IMG/VR virus record: IMGVR_UViG_3300009183_004565
DNA: 64,000 nucleotides
Direction: 5' to 3' (one strand)
From: a virus
Taxonomy: Duplodnaviria > Caudoviricetes
Below are positions 36,023 through 45,359 of the stretch, piece by piece. How positions within the stretch are numbered: the stretch's first letter is position 1; each line of letters starts with the position of its first letter. The notes under the pieces are model-generated. The model did not search any database. It saw only the letters and a program-made list of their open reading frames with translations, and was not told where the DNA came from. A program made the position numbers and the translations under genes.

Positions 36023-38216
36023 ATCTATTCTTCAACCAAGCCCATTCAAAACTTAACATAAGTTTATCGTAGTCCCCCGCAACTTCTTCGTAGTAATTTA
36101 CAGCATCAGCTGATCCACGCAAGCACCATTCGGCATAATCACCATCTGCTACTGTTAACCAAGTGTTTAATCTGTGCTCAGTCTCTAGTGTAGGTTGTGT
36201 GGCCATAAAGTGTTTTAACTTAACTACTTCACGGAATGCTGTGCGCCAAGTCATCCAAGGATCTTGATTGAATCGTGCTATTCCACTTAATAAAGGTACA
36301 CTCTCATGAGGCTGACTTAATGTAAAGTCAATACCAGGATTGTTATTCTCTAGTACTAGTTTCTTATTATACGCAATCATACCTTGATGTCCATACACCA
36401 ATCCGTTGACAGGATTTTGTGCATTAAAGATATAGTGTTTGGGCTCTTGCCAATAGTCTGGTTGCCAATCATACCAAGGAAAACTTCCGCCCGCTACTTC
36501 AAGTTTGGCAAATACAGCAAAGAACCAAGGCGTGGCGCTTGCACGGGCTGCTGCTTGATATGCTGCCACACGGCCGTCGACTCCCTGTATCCATGTAACT
36601 GCACTGTTTGTCATGTATTCAGTGTGACGATACATCATTTCTTCATCAGGTTCGCCGTTACTAATGAATACGATATCCAGCGGTGGCACACTTGAGTAAC
36701 GTTTAATCTCTTTGTTTATGTAAGGATAATCATATACTTGTCGCTTAATATAACTTTTTGCTTCCCTAGGCACAAGAGATGTAGATCCACTTTGACTTAT
36801 TGGAATAATAGTTCTGTCTTCGGCTCTCCAAAGACACGGAACAGTGTAATTATTCATGATATAATCTCCAACACTAGAAAAAATAGCATACGGAAAATCA
36901 AATTGATACTGTTGTATTGCATCAACAATAGTATCTTCAGAATAGTTTACTAACGTGGGAGGAAATCTTTCTACTTGTTGGTCAGTGCAATAATTAATTA
37001 CATTAAACCAATCAAGTATTGCTAATTCATACAATTGGCGTTTAAACGATTCAACGTGAATAAAGAAAGTGTCTCCCCTTCGTTGATTGTCGCTAGCAAA
37101 TACATGAACCATTTCTTTTTGTGATGGATCTGGGTGCCATGTAAAGTCAAAATCTGTGTAATCGCAGATACTACTAATAATCCAAACAAACTCAGTAGTT
37201 GCTAGATTGACTATACGCTTAAAAACATTTAAATGATTATCAACATAACGTGTTAATTTGATATCAGGATAAGATTCTTGTAGTGTTTTGAACTGATTGT
37301 TGCTTTGTGGATTTAAAAAATCCATGTAAAAGATTTGCGTGGCATTGTTACGTATGCGCTGATTACTCATATACTTGATACCTGCGGTTCCGCGATATAC
37401 AGGACCACCATCACGTTGCCATTGTGTAGGAAAATGATATTCGTAGTCCGGTTCATCTAAATCAGGGTGCCATGAATAGTCAAAATCTGAGTCATTGATT
37501 CCGCTAGGAATATCCCAATTGCTGCGATCTTCTAACTTACTTACTTGTTGACTATACACATACTTGATACCTGCAGATCCGGGATATACCGGTCCTCCAT
37601 TACGTTGCCATTGTGTACCAAAACGATATTCGTAGGGCGGATCTAAGGGATTAGGATGCCAGGAATAATCAAAGTTGGTATCATTGATGTTGCTGGGTAT
37701 AATCCAGTTGCGTTTATCTTCAGTGACTGTAACAGTAAAATCATTACATAACTTAATTCCAGTTGCACCTGGTACATGATAAACTAATCCGCAACTGGTT
37801 TGATGTTGACTGGCAAAGTGATACGTGTAAGGAGGGTCGTGCGAATCAGGATGCCAACTACGATCTATGCCCAAGTAGCACAATAGTTTTGGGACAAGTA
37901 ATTTCCAGTTTTCTTCATTGCTCAATCTTGTTACAGATTGTTCTGTGCGCCAATTCCATTCTTTATTATGCGCAGTATCTTTGTTTGCTAGATACACATC
38001 GCCGTTGCGTTGCCACTGACTAGAGAATACATGAACATGATCTTGTTCCCAAGGTGCCGGATTCCAATCAAAATCAAAATTGGTGTAATCATTACCACCA
38101 TAAATATACCAGTAGAATCGAGTTCTACTCTTATCAGCAGCATCCTCTAAACTGTTAGCAGGCTGTTCATGTGCAAATCTATTGGGCTTGGGCCCAAAAT
38201 AAAAAACATCAAACAT
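36000..38216 (-). CDS. Multi-module GT-A-like protein with internal repeats
   Basis: C-terminal module (DIVFISNGEP...GVDGRVAAYQAAA...WRTAFRE.VK) is paralogous to 53710-54639; at least five FD..WHP-type units. Confidence 0.6.
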   Translation of the reverse strand: MFDVFYFGPKPNRFAHEQPANSLEDAADKSRTRFYWYIYGGNDYTNFDFDWNPAPWEQDHVHVFSSQWQRNGDVYLANKDTAHNKEWNWRTEQSVTRLSNEENWKLLVPKLLCYLGIDRSWHPDSHDPPYTYHFASQHQTSCGLVYHVPGATGIKLCNDFTVTVTEDKRNWIIPSNINDTNFDYSWHPNPLDPPYEYRFGTQWQRNGGPVYPGSAGIKYVYSQQVSKLEDRSNWDIPSGINDSDFDYSWHPDLDEPDYEYHFPTQWQRDGGPVYRGTAGIKYMSNQRIRNNATQIFYMDFLNPQSNNQFKTLQESYPDIKLTRYVDNHLNVFKRIVNLATTEFVWIISSICDYTDFDFTWHPDPSQKEMVHVFASDNQRRGDTFFIHVESFKRQLYELAILDWFNVINYCTDQQVERFPPTLVNYSEDTIVDAIQQYQFDFPYAIFSSVGDYIMNNYTVPCLWRAEDRTIIPISQSGSTSLVPREAKSYIKRQVYDYPYINKEIKRYSSVPPLDIVFISNGEPDEEMMYRHTEYMTNSAVTWIQGVDGRVAAYQAAARASATPWFFAVFAKLEVAGGSFPWYDWQPDYWQEPKHYIFNAQNPVNGLVYGHQGMIAYNKKLVLENNNPGIDFTLSQPHESVPLLSGIARFNQDPWMTWRTAFREVVKLKHFMATQPTLETEHRLNTWLTVADGDYAEWCLRGSADAVNYYEEVAGDYDKLMLSFEWAWLKNRFNNLYTA
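37345..37722 (-). repeat. Recent tandem duplication, two ~189-bp (63 aa) units inside the 738-aa gene (boundaries approximate)
   Basis: NWIIPSNINDTNFDYSWHP...QWQRNGGPVYPGSAGIKY vs NWDIPSGINDSDFDYSWHP...QWQRDGGPVYRGTAGIKY; matching DNA 189 bp apart. Confidence 0.85.
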
Positions 38217-39426
38217 GTATAATATTCACAGTCATTACGAACATATCTTTTCTTTTTTAAAAACTGTTGTTAAAGATCCTGTACTTCTAAGTTTTTATCC
38301 ATTTGGCTCTACTAAATTTGAAAATGTTGAATACATGCATTGCAACGGTGATGGAACATCACCGGTAATAGTTTGCTATGATCAAGAACCAATATTGGAT
38401 AGTTGTGTTGAAACATTTAGACAAGTTAAACAAATGTATTCACCGGGCGGAGATCGAAGCATAATACTACTTAATACAGAAACAAATAGCAAAATAAAAA
38501 ACAAACTGCTAGAAGAATTTAAATTTGGCGATTGTTCTTGCTTCTTTCATATCTTTGCTGCAGCAGATTGGTATCGCGGGTACCAGCATTGTGTCGAATT
38601 AATAGACCCTTCAAAGCGTAAAATTAAAAAGAAATACATAACCTTTAATCGTATTACTGGTAACAGTCGAGCTTATCGTAGTCTTTTTGTTGCCGAACTT
38701 GATAAGAATAATCTAATAGAGCACGGGCATGTTAGTTATAGCGATACTTGTCCAGAACACGGACACTATAGCACAAGTATACACGAAATAATTGAAAAAC
38801 ACAATGTTTCTACGGAGTACGTGTTAGCATGTAAAACAATTTTGGATAGTATTACCTTTCCGTTGCGTATTGATTTTAAAGATACTGCTCTTATACCAAA
38901 CGGTAGCCAAACACTAAATGCTATACCAGAAATGATGGAAAGTTTTTTACATGTAGTAACTGAAACATGCTTCTGGGAAACTAAAGATCATTTAACTGAA
39001 AAAATATTTAAACCTATTGTGGCCAGACAACCTTTTGTATTACTTGGGTGTGCCAATAATTTAAAATATTTAAAAAACTACGGATTTAAAACGTTTGATT
39101 CCTGGTGGGATGAGAGTTACGATAAAATTCAAGATCCTGTAGAAAGAATTCAAGCTGTGGTAAAAATTATCAAAGACATATGTGCAATGCCCGAGGACGA
39201 ATTGGAAGCAACGCTTCGTGGCATGCAATATGTTTTAAATTACAATTACAATTTATTTTACAGTAAAGAATTTGTTCAACGTGAGTGGAATAATTTAAAA
39301 CAAAGTCTTACACAGGCAGTTGTTCAACATCCACCCCGCTCGCCTGGAGGAACTCCAATCCTAGATCATCTCTATATTTCTCTTGATAATACACCTGCTG
39401 AATACCAGACTGGTATATCAGTTTAG
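38215..39426 (+). CDS. Putative glycosyltransferase (GT-B, GT10/exostosin-like C-terminus)
   Basis: FLHVVTETCF...LTEKIFKPI...PFVLLG...GFKTF..WWDESYD. Confidence 0.5.
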   Translation: MYNIHSHYEHIFSFLKTVVKDPVLLSFYPFGSTKFENVEYMHCNGDGTSPVIVCYDQEPILDSCVETFRQVKQMYSPGGDRSIILLNTETNSKIKNKLLEEFKFGDCSCFFHIFAAADWYRGYQHCVELIDPSKRKIKKKYITFNRITGNSRAYRSLFVAELDKNNLIEHGHVSYSDTCPEHGHYSTSIHEIIEKHNVSTEYVLACKTILDSITFPLRIDFKDTALIPNGSQTLNAIPEMMESFLHVVTETCFWETKDHLTEKIFKPIVARQPFVLLGCANNLKYLKNYGFKTFDSWWDESYDKIQDPVERIQAVVKIIKDICAMPEDELEATLRGMQYVLNYNYNLFYSKEFVQREWNNLKQSLTQAVVQHPPRSPGGTPILDHLYISLDNTPAEYQTGISV

Positions 39427-39730
39427 CGCATTCAAGACAAGGGCTATGAGTAACAAATAAAGTAGCTTGATCCCCGGAATCGTTTGACTTTGCCAACTTT
39501 GCAATAGCATTTGATTCGGCGTGTAGTACTTCTGCTTTTGTTTTTAATGATCCATCTTCGGATACATCCTCACAAACATTGCTCCATCCGGCTGGCATTC
39601 CATTATATCCAATGGAAATAATTCTATCATCCTTGACTACGATAGCACCAACTTTTAATCTACGTGCGTGACTTAATTCAGCAAATGTGTGTGCTGTCTG
39701 CATATAAGCACGTTTAAACTTTTCCTTCAC
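39308..39730 (-). CDS. dCMP deaminase
   Basis: VGAIVVKDDRIISIGYNG, HAESNAI, SPCLECAK. Confidence 0.92.
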   Translation of the reverse strand: MKEKFKRAYMQTAHTFAELSHARRLKVGAIVVKDDRIISIGYNGMPAGWSNVCEDVSEDGSLKTKAEVLHAESNAIAKLAKSNDSGDQATLFVTHSPCLECAKLIYQSGIQQVYYQEKYRDDLGLEFLQASGVDVEQLPV

Positions 39731-40095
39731 TCTACACCCATTTGCTTTCTAATTGCAGTTGCCGATATTGCCTGTGTGGTATCATCAAACGTTTCTTGTT
39801 CTATTAGGTATCCTACATCTCTACCATACGTAATATTTACAATATTAGGAACCACTAAAATTTCATACATTCCTTTGTAAATAGGATCAAGATCTGCACG
39901 AATATAATTCTTTACTTCTTCTAGACCAAAAGGGTTACTATAGTTCCATCCTTGACAATCTCGTATCATAATGCAGACCTGCCCGGTCTTAGCAATAGCA
40001 CGTTCAAATAATGCACGATGACCTGCATGCCAAGGTTGCCACCGTCCTAGCATTTGTACTGTAGGCTTTTGCCAATCAAAAGTTTTTTCTGTCAT
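39727..40095 (-). CDS. Small HxGH (HIGH-superfamily) nucleotidyltransferase
   Basis: LGRWQPWHAGH, NPF, ISATAIR. Confidence 0.75.
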   Translation of the reverse strand: MTEKTFDWQKPTVQMLGRWQPWHAGHRALFERAIAKTGQVCIMIRDCQGWNYSNPFGLEEVKNYIRADLDPIYKGMYEILVVPNIVNITYGRDVGYLIEQETFDDTTQAISATAIRKQMGVE

Positions 40096-40727
40096 GGTTT
40101 ACCCCATTTAATTTTATGCCATATACGTTCATGAAAATAGTATAAAACAATCTTTGTAAAAAATTCAATGCTGGCTATTCCTGCTGCAAGATGAGGTTGC
40201 CCGGTTAATAACCAACTAACAACAAATGTATCAAGGCTGCCAGTGAATCTCCATGTAACTGCTTTGGTAATAGATCTGATACGACTCTCTTGTCGCTGTT
40301 TAAAATTCATTGCAAGTTTATTTGCAATCGTATTGGCCCAGCGTTCGGCGCTTTTCGCCATAATACGATAATCGTATTGCTCGGGTGCTACAAATACTCT
40401 ATTAGTATCTTCATAACGACTAGTATCAATAGTATCCAACCAGATAACCAAATTGGCTCCATATGCCTCCCTCATTGCAGGTAAAGGAGCAACAAAGTCA
40501 CTAATTACAAAGTCTGCACTAGACTTTTCTGCCAGGTCTCGCATACGGTGCCCTTGGCGTATACGACCTGCTTCACTAAAATCCCAATCGTCGAATCGTT
40601 CACGTACCTCATCAGCATTAAACCATTCAACCGTAAAACCTTTATTGTGTAATTCTGTTTGAAGGGCTGTGGCTAGATAAGTTTTACCCGAACCAGGAAG
40701 TCCCATTATTAATATTCGAACGCTCAT
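40092..40727 (-). CDS. cysC: Adenylylsulfate (APS) kinase-like domain fused to DUF2061-like C-terminus
   Basis: GLPGSGKT, NADEVR, FSEAGRIRQ, DFVAP, VFVAPE; C-terminal ESRIRSITKAVTWR...HERIWHKIKWG. Confidence 0.75.
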   Translation of the reverse strand: MSVRILIMGLPGSGKTYLATALQTELHNKGFTVEWFNADEVRERFDDWDFSEAGRIRQGHRMRDLAEKSSADFVISDFVAPLPAMREAYGANLVIWLDTIDTSRYEDTNRVFVAPEQYDYRIMAKSAERWANTIANKLAMNFKQRQESRIRSITKAVTWRFTGSLDTFVVSWLLTGQPHLAAGIASIEFFTKIVLYYFHERIWHKIKWGKP

Positions 40728-40728
40728 A

Positions 40729-41391
40729 TTAATTCCATTTTTGTATCCATTGATTGGATAATAAATTAAATTTACTTATATCTAAATTAACTTCGCCAAT
40801 CTGATAGTTGCTAATTAACTGAAATAATTGTTGTGCTAACTGGTTATTGTTACTCCTACTAAGGTGATTTGGTCTTTTGTCGTTAACGAGACTGCCATCT
40901 TTAGATGCTATTTCATCTAAGCTGATTGCTGATAAACTCGGAGAGACTTTCATACCATTAAGCACATATTTTTGATTCTGGGGAAACGAAAATAAATGTA
41001 CAACTTTAATGTTATTCCATTGTTGATTTATTTCTTCAAACCATTTTAACTGCGCCCAACTTAAAAACATTTCGTTGTGTATATACTTATAATATAAACC
41101 AATTGCACGATTTAACTCATTGTTTGACTCTAAATTTGAAAAATTTACTTGATTAATTTCCTCATCAGTTGTCGGTATACGTTGTGCATTTGTATGTACA
41201 AATACGATTATTTCACAGTTATCAATATGTTCCGGGGGCAATCTCTCTAAAAAACTTTTTACACTCCACCAAGAGCCTCCAGCTAAACCAAAATTAATAA
41301 GATTCATGTCTAGTGACTTAGCCAGTAGTCTAGGCCAGAAATTTGGAGTAGTACAAAAACTATCACCAACTATAATTATATTTTTCAACAC
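40729..41391 (-). CDS. SGNH-like protein
   Basis: IIVGDSFC, GLAGGS, RPNHLS. Confidence 0.55.
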   Translation of the reverse strand: MLKNIIIVGDSFCTTPNFWPRLLAKSLDMNLINFGLAGGSWWSVKSFLERLPPEHIDNCEIIVFVHTNAQRIPTTDEEINQVNFSNLESNNELNRAIGLYYKYIHNEMFLSWAQLKWFEEINQQWNNIKVVHLFSFPQNQKYVLNGMKVSPSLSAISLDEIASKDGSLVNDKRPNHLSRSNNNQLAQQLFQLISNYQIGEVNLDISKFNLLSNQWIQKWN

Positions 41392-41462
41392 TAAAACCTT
41401 TATTGTCTAATTTCTTTTAAAAGGCTGCTAGACTAGTAGTCCCATTATTAATATTTGAATGC

Positions 41463-42731
41463 TCATTGTTCTTCCAACCATGGAAATAAGCTACGCCAAT
41501 TGGTATTGCGTCTACGATCTATTTCATCTAAATAAATTTTTAATGTTTCGATCATATCATTGTTTGCTGGTGTAGTATCTACTTGTTTGTAAATTCCCGT
41601 CATATGCTCATAGTTTTGATTTTGATAATCTGTGTCTCTTGGCATTAAATTTAAAATTTGTTCAAATTCGTTTTTGAATAATCCAGGAACAAAAATATCA
41701 GGCATCATGTACGGAGGAGCATTTGCTGTCATGAAACTGAAACTGATTTTTCTTTTAGGATCATTGTTCCATGATGCTAGTCTAATGGTATTCCATTCAT
41801 TTATTTTGGCAATATATTCGGGCATTGTTTTAATGCTTAACGCATTAATTGCAGCATTTACACAAAGAACAATATCCTTGTCCAACAGATACTCCATGTT
41901 AGCAGTATACTCATTTAAATCTAATCCGTATCTAATATACTCTTGCTGTGGTCCCCAGCAATCCAAACTTCCGGTAATTTGCAATTCCTTAATTTTTTTA
42001 TCTTGTTTAAGTTTTATCATCTTATTGATAATATTTTTAAACTTATTAGGATTTACTTTTAAATTACTGATCAAAGTAAATCTCATATTAGGTGCTGGAA
42101 ATTTTTCAAAAAAATCTAAACACATTTCTAATTCAGGCTGATGAAAAGGTTCGCCACCCAGTATATGTAGATCTTGTAGGCCATGACCATATTTTTCTAA
42201 CCATTGAAAAAACTTTTCTCGCATTTGGTCATATTCTTTATTAAATCCTACTTGTTCAGTGGTCTTTAAAAGAATCTGCTTATTTTGAAAATTTCCAAAT
42301 CTATTATTTTCTGCTTCCCACATAGAACTAAAATGCGGTCCGCAATATAAACAACTCATGTTACATGTATTAGAAAAATAAACTTCTAGTATTTTTGGAG
42401 TTACAACATTTGTACTATTATCTTCAAGAAGTTCATCCGGAACTTCGTAATGCATGCTAGACAATTGAAATTGTCTGTCGCTAACACCTCCTGCTTCTTC
42501 TATTTTTTGACAGTATTCGCATCCTGCTTTTGGCCATTCGCCTTGGCGCATCATCTCTCGAGTTGCAATTTTACGAGGAGTATTATGAAATGAATCAAAT
42601 GTGTCAACTGTAATTTTATCGTGATTGACTCTATGACAACTGCTAGTGGTTCCTATGTTTAAAAAAACGGTGGACCAAGTCCATTTTAAAAGACACGCTG
42701 TATCTGATTTGATTGGGAATATTTGTTTCAA
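41463..42731 (-). CDS. Radical SAM protein with N-terminal SPASM/twitch-like domain (subtype B)
   Basis: CLLKW...SSCHR...CEYC; CNMSCLYC; GGEP. Confidence 0.85.
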   Translation of the reverse strand: MKQIFPIKSDTACLLKWTWSTVFLNIGTTSSCHRVNHDKITVDTFDSFHNTPRKIATREMMRQGEWPKAGCEYCQKIEEAGGVSDRQFQLSSMHYEVPDELLEDNSTNVVTPKILEVYFSNTCNMSCLYCGPHFSSMWEAENNRFGNFQNKQILLKTTEQVGFNKEYDQMREKFFQWLEKYGHGLQDLHILGGEPFHQPELEMCLDFFEKFPAPNMRFTLISNLKVNPNKFKNIINKMIKLKQDKKIKELQITGSLDCWGPQQEYIRYGLDLNEYTANMEYLLDKDIVLCVNAAINALSIKTMPEYIAKINEWNTIRLASWNNDPKRKISFSFMTANAPPYMMPDIFVPGLFKNEFEQILNLMPRDTDYQNQNYEHMTGIYKQVDTTPANNDMIETLKIYLDEIDRRRNTNWRSLFPWLEEQ

Positions 42732-44212
42732 CTTAATACCTTTACTTTATATAGTTGTTCAAATCTATCTGCGTCTACTCGGTCGTTGACCATTGGCTCA
42801 CCTCGAATATTTAAGCTAGTATTAAGTAACATAGGACAGTCAGTCATTACAAACCATTTCTCTAAGAGTTCTCTAATCCCTGAACCATCTCGTGGTACCG
42901 TTTGTACTCGGCTGGTCCCATCATAATGGCAGATAGCAGGAAACAAGTCAGGATACCAACAACGAGCAACTGACTGCATATAACGGCTAGTAGTCCACCC
43001 AGGGCTGAAATCAAAATACTGATCAGCCATCTCTTCCAATATGACCGGGGCAAAAGGTCTAAATTTTTGACGTCGTTTAATTTCATTTACACGATCCTTT
43101 ATGTCTGCACCGCGTGGATCTGCTAATAAACTACGATTGCCTAAGGCTCTTGGCCCAAATTCTGCACGACCGTTAGCAACACCAACAATGCCATTAGCCA
43201 GTAGGCAATCAAGAAGGGCATTAACTGGATACTGCCCAGGTATATCATGCCCAAGATAAGCATTGCGCCAGTTGAGACGATGACCGTAGGCCAGTGCCGC
43301 AGCACCAAGGCTGCTACCAGCATCACCAGGATTAGGCATAATCCATATATGTTCAAAGTATTCTCCTAAGTTTCTATTTGCTAAACAGTTAAGGGCAACA
43401 CCACCCATATAAACTAAATTTGTGCTCCATTTAAAATTTCTAGCACGACGCATTACATTATATACAAGAGTCTCTAATAGGTCTTGTGCTCCGGCGGCAA
43501 TGTCTGTATTGTGTACGTATTCAAGATAATCAGACGGGATACCAGCATGGAAGTTTTCCTTGAATAAAATGTCAACTTCGTCATGTACAAATCTATGACT
43601 CATTAAATCACTAATGTCTCGTTTACCATATGCACTCATGCCCATTAAGATATATTCATCCTCATTGGGTTTAAGGCCGGCACGTTCGGTCATTGCACTA
43701 TACATTAACCCTATGCTATGTGGATATCGTTGTCCCCATAATTTTTTATAGTGTGCCTGACCTCTACTATCATATTCTGCACCGTATATACTAATAGTGT
43801 CAGACTCGCCAATGGCATCTATTACTACCACTGTGGCACGATCATACGGACTGGTTTGAAAGCCAGCGGCAGCATGACTTAAATGATGGCCAAAGCTGAC
43901 TATGTTCTTGGGTGTATTACGTAACCAAGGTCGTGTTTGATCATGAACAATTTGTTTTACGGTTAACTTGTTTAGTTCGATGCCTTCGCCAGAAACTAAT
44001 CTACGTAATTGTTTACGCCAAGGGATTTCGTAATACGCAACGGTATCAAGTTCATACCCACATATTTCTTCCATTAGATCCGGAGAGATATCTGTATCGT
44101 TTTTTAATTTACTATAACGCTCACTATGTCCGGCAAACAGTATATCACCTCGACGATTAATTACACTAATCGCTGCGTCGTGAAAACCAGCCGAGATGCC
44201 TAATATGTTCAT
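42728..44212 (-). CDS. Carbamoyltransferase (NodU/CmcH family)
   Basis: GISAGFHDAA, HHLSHAAAG, GEYILMG-like DEYILMGMSAYG, GGVALNC, EFGPRALGNRS, RPFAP, LLNTSLN. Confidence 0.92.
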   Translation of the reverse strand: MNILGISAGFHDAAISVINRRGDILFAGHSERYSKLKNDTDISPDLMEEICGYELDTVAYYEIPWRKQLRRLVSGEGIELNKLTVKQIVHDQTRPWLRNTPKNIVSFGHHLSHAAAGFQTSPYDRATVVVIDAIGESDTISIYGAEYDSRGQAHYKKLWGQRYPHSIGLMYSAMTERAGLKPNEDEYILMGMSAYGKRDISDLMSHRFVHDEVDILFKENFHAGIPSDYLEYVHNTDIAAGAQDLLETLVYNVMRRARNFKWSTNLVYMGGVALNCLANRNLGEYFEHIWIMPNPGDAGSSLGAAALAYGHRLNWRNAYLGHDIPGQYPVNALLDCLLANGIVGVANGRAEFGPRALGNRSLLADPRGADIKDRVNEIKRRQKFRPFAPVILEEMADQYFDFSPGWTTSRYMQSVARCWYPDLFPAICHYDGTSRVQTVPRDGSGIRELLEKWFVMTDCPMLLNTSLNIRGEPMVNDRVDADRFEQLYKVKVLS

Positions 44213-44741
44213 TTATTTTTTCTGCTATTCGTTGATGTCCTAGTTCCAACGGATGACCACCAACACCCTTAGGACAGTCTCCCATCCATTCAACTAGTCC
44301 TTCTTTGGGCCATCCTGGCCATGGTAAGTTTGTTTCCCCTTGTGCCCACGTTTGTATACCAAATGCACTAACAAAAAAATGCGGCACTAAGCGCATATAC
44401 AAAAATTCATGCAGTAATTGAACTTGGGTTAAGAATTTCTTTTGAGCCCATTCTTCGTCCCAATCATGAAATACTTCATCAACTACTGCATTACCGTACC
44501 GACGATTACTAGTTGGTGTTAGGTGTTTATTTGATATTTCAATCCTGTTAGGAGTTGTCCAGGCTACAATAACTTTTAATTGATAATTGCTAGTGTCATT
44601 GACATAATCTACTGTACTACGCAATATATAATCATTACTGGCTCCTGCAACTGCAATATTAACAGAATTCTGTATCAGACTTGGCCAGGCGATAGGGCTT
44701 TCTTCGCCACTGGTAAAGCTACACCCGTTTACTAAAATCAT
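44166..44741 (-). CDS. SGNH-like protein
   Basis: LVNGCSFTSG, GASND, GGHPLELGH. Confidence 0.6.
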   Translation of the reverse strand: MILVNGCSFTSGEESPIAWPSLIQNSVNIAVAGASNDYILRSTVDYVNDTSNYQLKVIVAWTTPNRIEISNKHLTPTSNRRYGNAVVDEVFHDWDEEWAQKKFLTQVQLLHEFLYMRLVPHFFVSAFGIQTWAQGETNLPWPGWPKEGLVEWMGDCPKGVGGHPLELGHQRIAEKINEHIRHLGWFSRRSD

Positions 44742-44810
44742 TTGTAAATAAATGGATCTCTTTTACGTAATTCACGTAGTTTACGTCGATACTTGATTTC
44801 TAGTTTAATT

Positions 44811-45359
44811 CTATTGTAAACGTTTCGTAACCAGTTCATTGAATTTTCCTTTTATAAGGTCTGCTGCATCAGAATGGGCTTGTTCCAATGGATGTTGTTG
44901 TATACCGCACTTGTACTTATTCTCCACAGCCCACTGGTAAAAACCTCTTGGACTTTCTGTTTGGTCCTCCCCTTGGCCCGGAGGAAAGAAAAACCAGTTA
45001 CGGTAATCTAAGTTATCTGTTACTACGCAATTATCTGCACATGTAAACAAATACGGAATATTGTGATACAACAAATATTCTTCTAAATTTTTAATATGAA
45101 AATCACTGTCTAATGTATAATCTCTACTGGGCCAAGTCCAACACACAATAACAATGTCAACTTTGGACCAGGTCAAGTAATCACGTACACGTTGAGCTAT
45201 TTCTCTATTACCCAGTCCAGGGTATGCTGCACACAAGTAATCGTCGGCCAACAATGCAGGAAAGGTTCGACGACTGTACCCATCAGGGCCGCCATTGGGA
45301 CTATCAGCAAGTTCACTACCCCATACAAAACTATCACCTCCAGCTAGAACTGTAGTCAT
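44811..45359 (-). CDS. SGNH-like protein
   Basis: AGGDSFVWG, GLGNREI, QHPLEQAH. Confidence 0.6.
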   Translation of the reverse strand: MTTVLAGGDSFVWGSELADSPNGGPDGYSRRTFPALLADDYLCAAYPGLGNREIAQRVRDYLTWSKVDIVIVCWTWPSRDYTLDSDFHIKNLEEYLLYHNIPYLFTCADNCVVTDNLDYRNWFFFPPGQGEDQTESPRGFYQWAVENKYKCGIQQHPLEQAHSDAADLIKGKFNELVTKRLQ

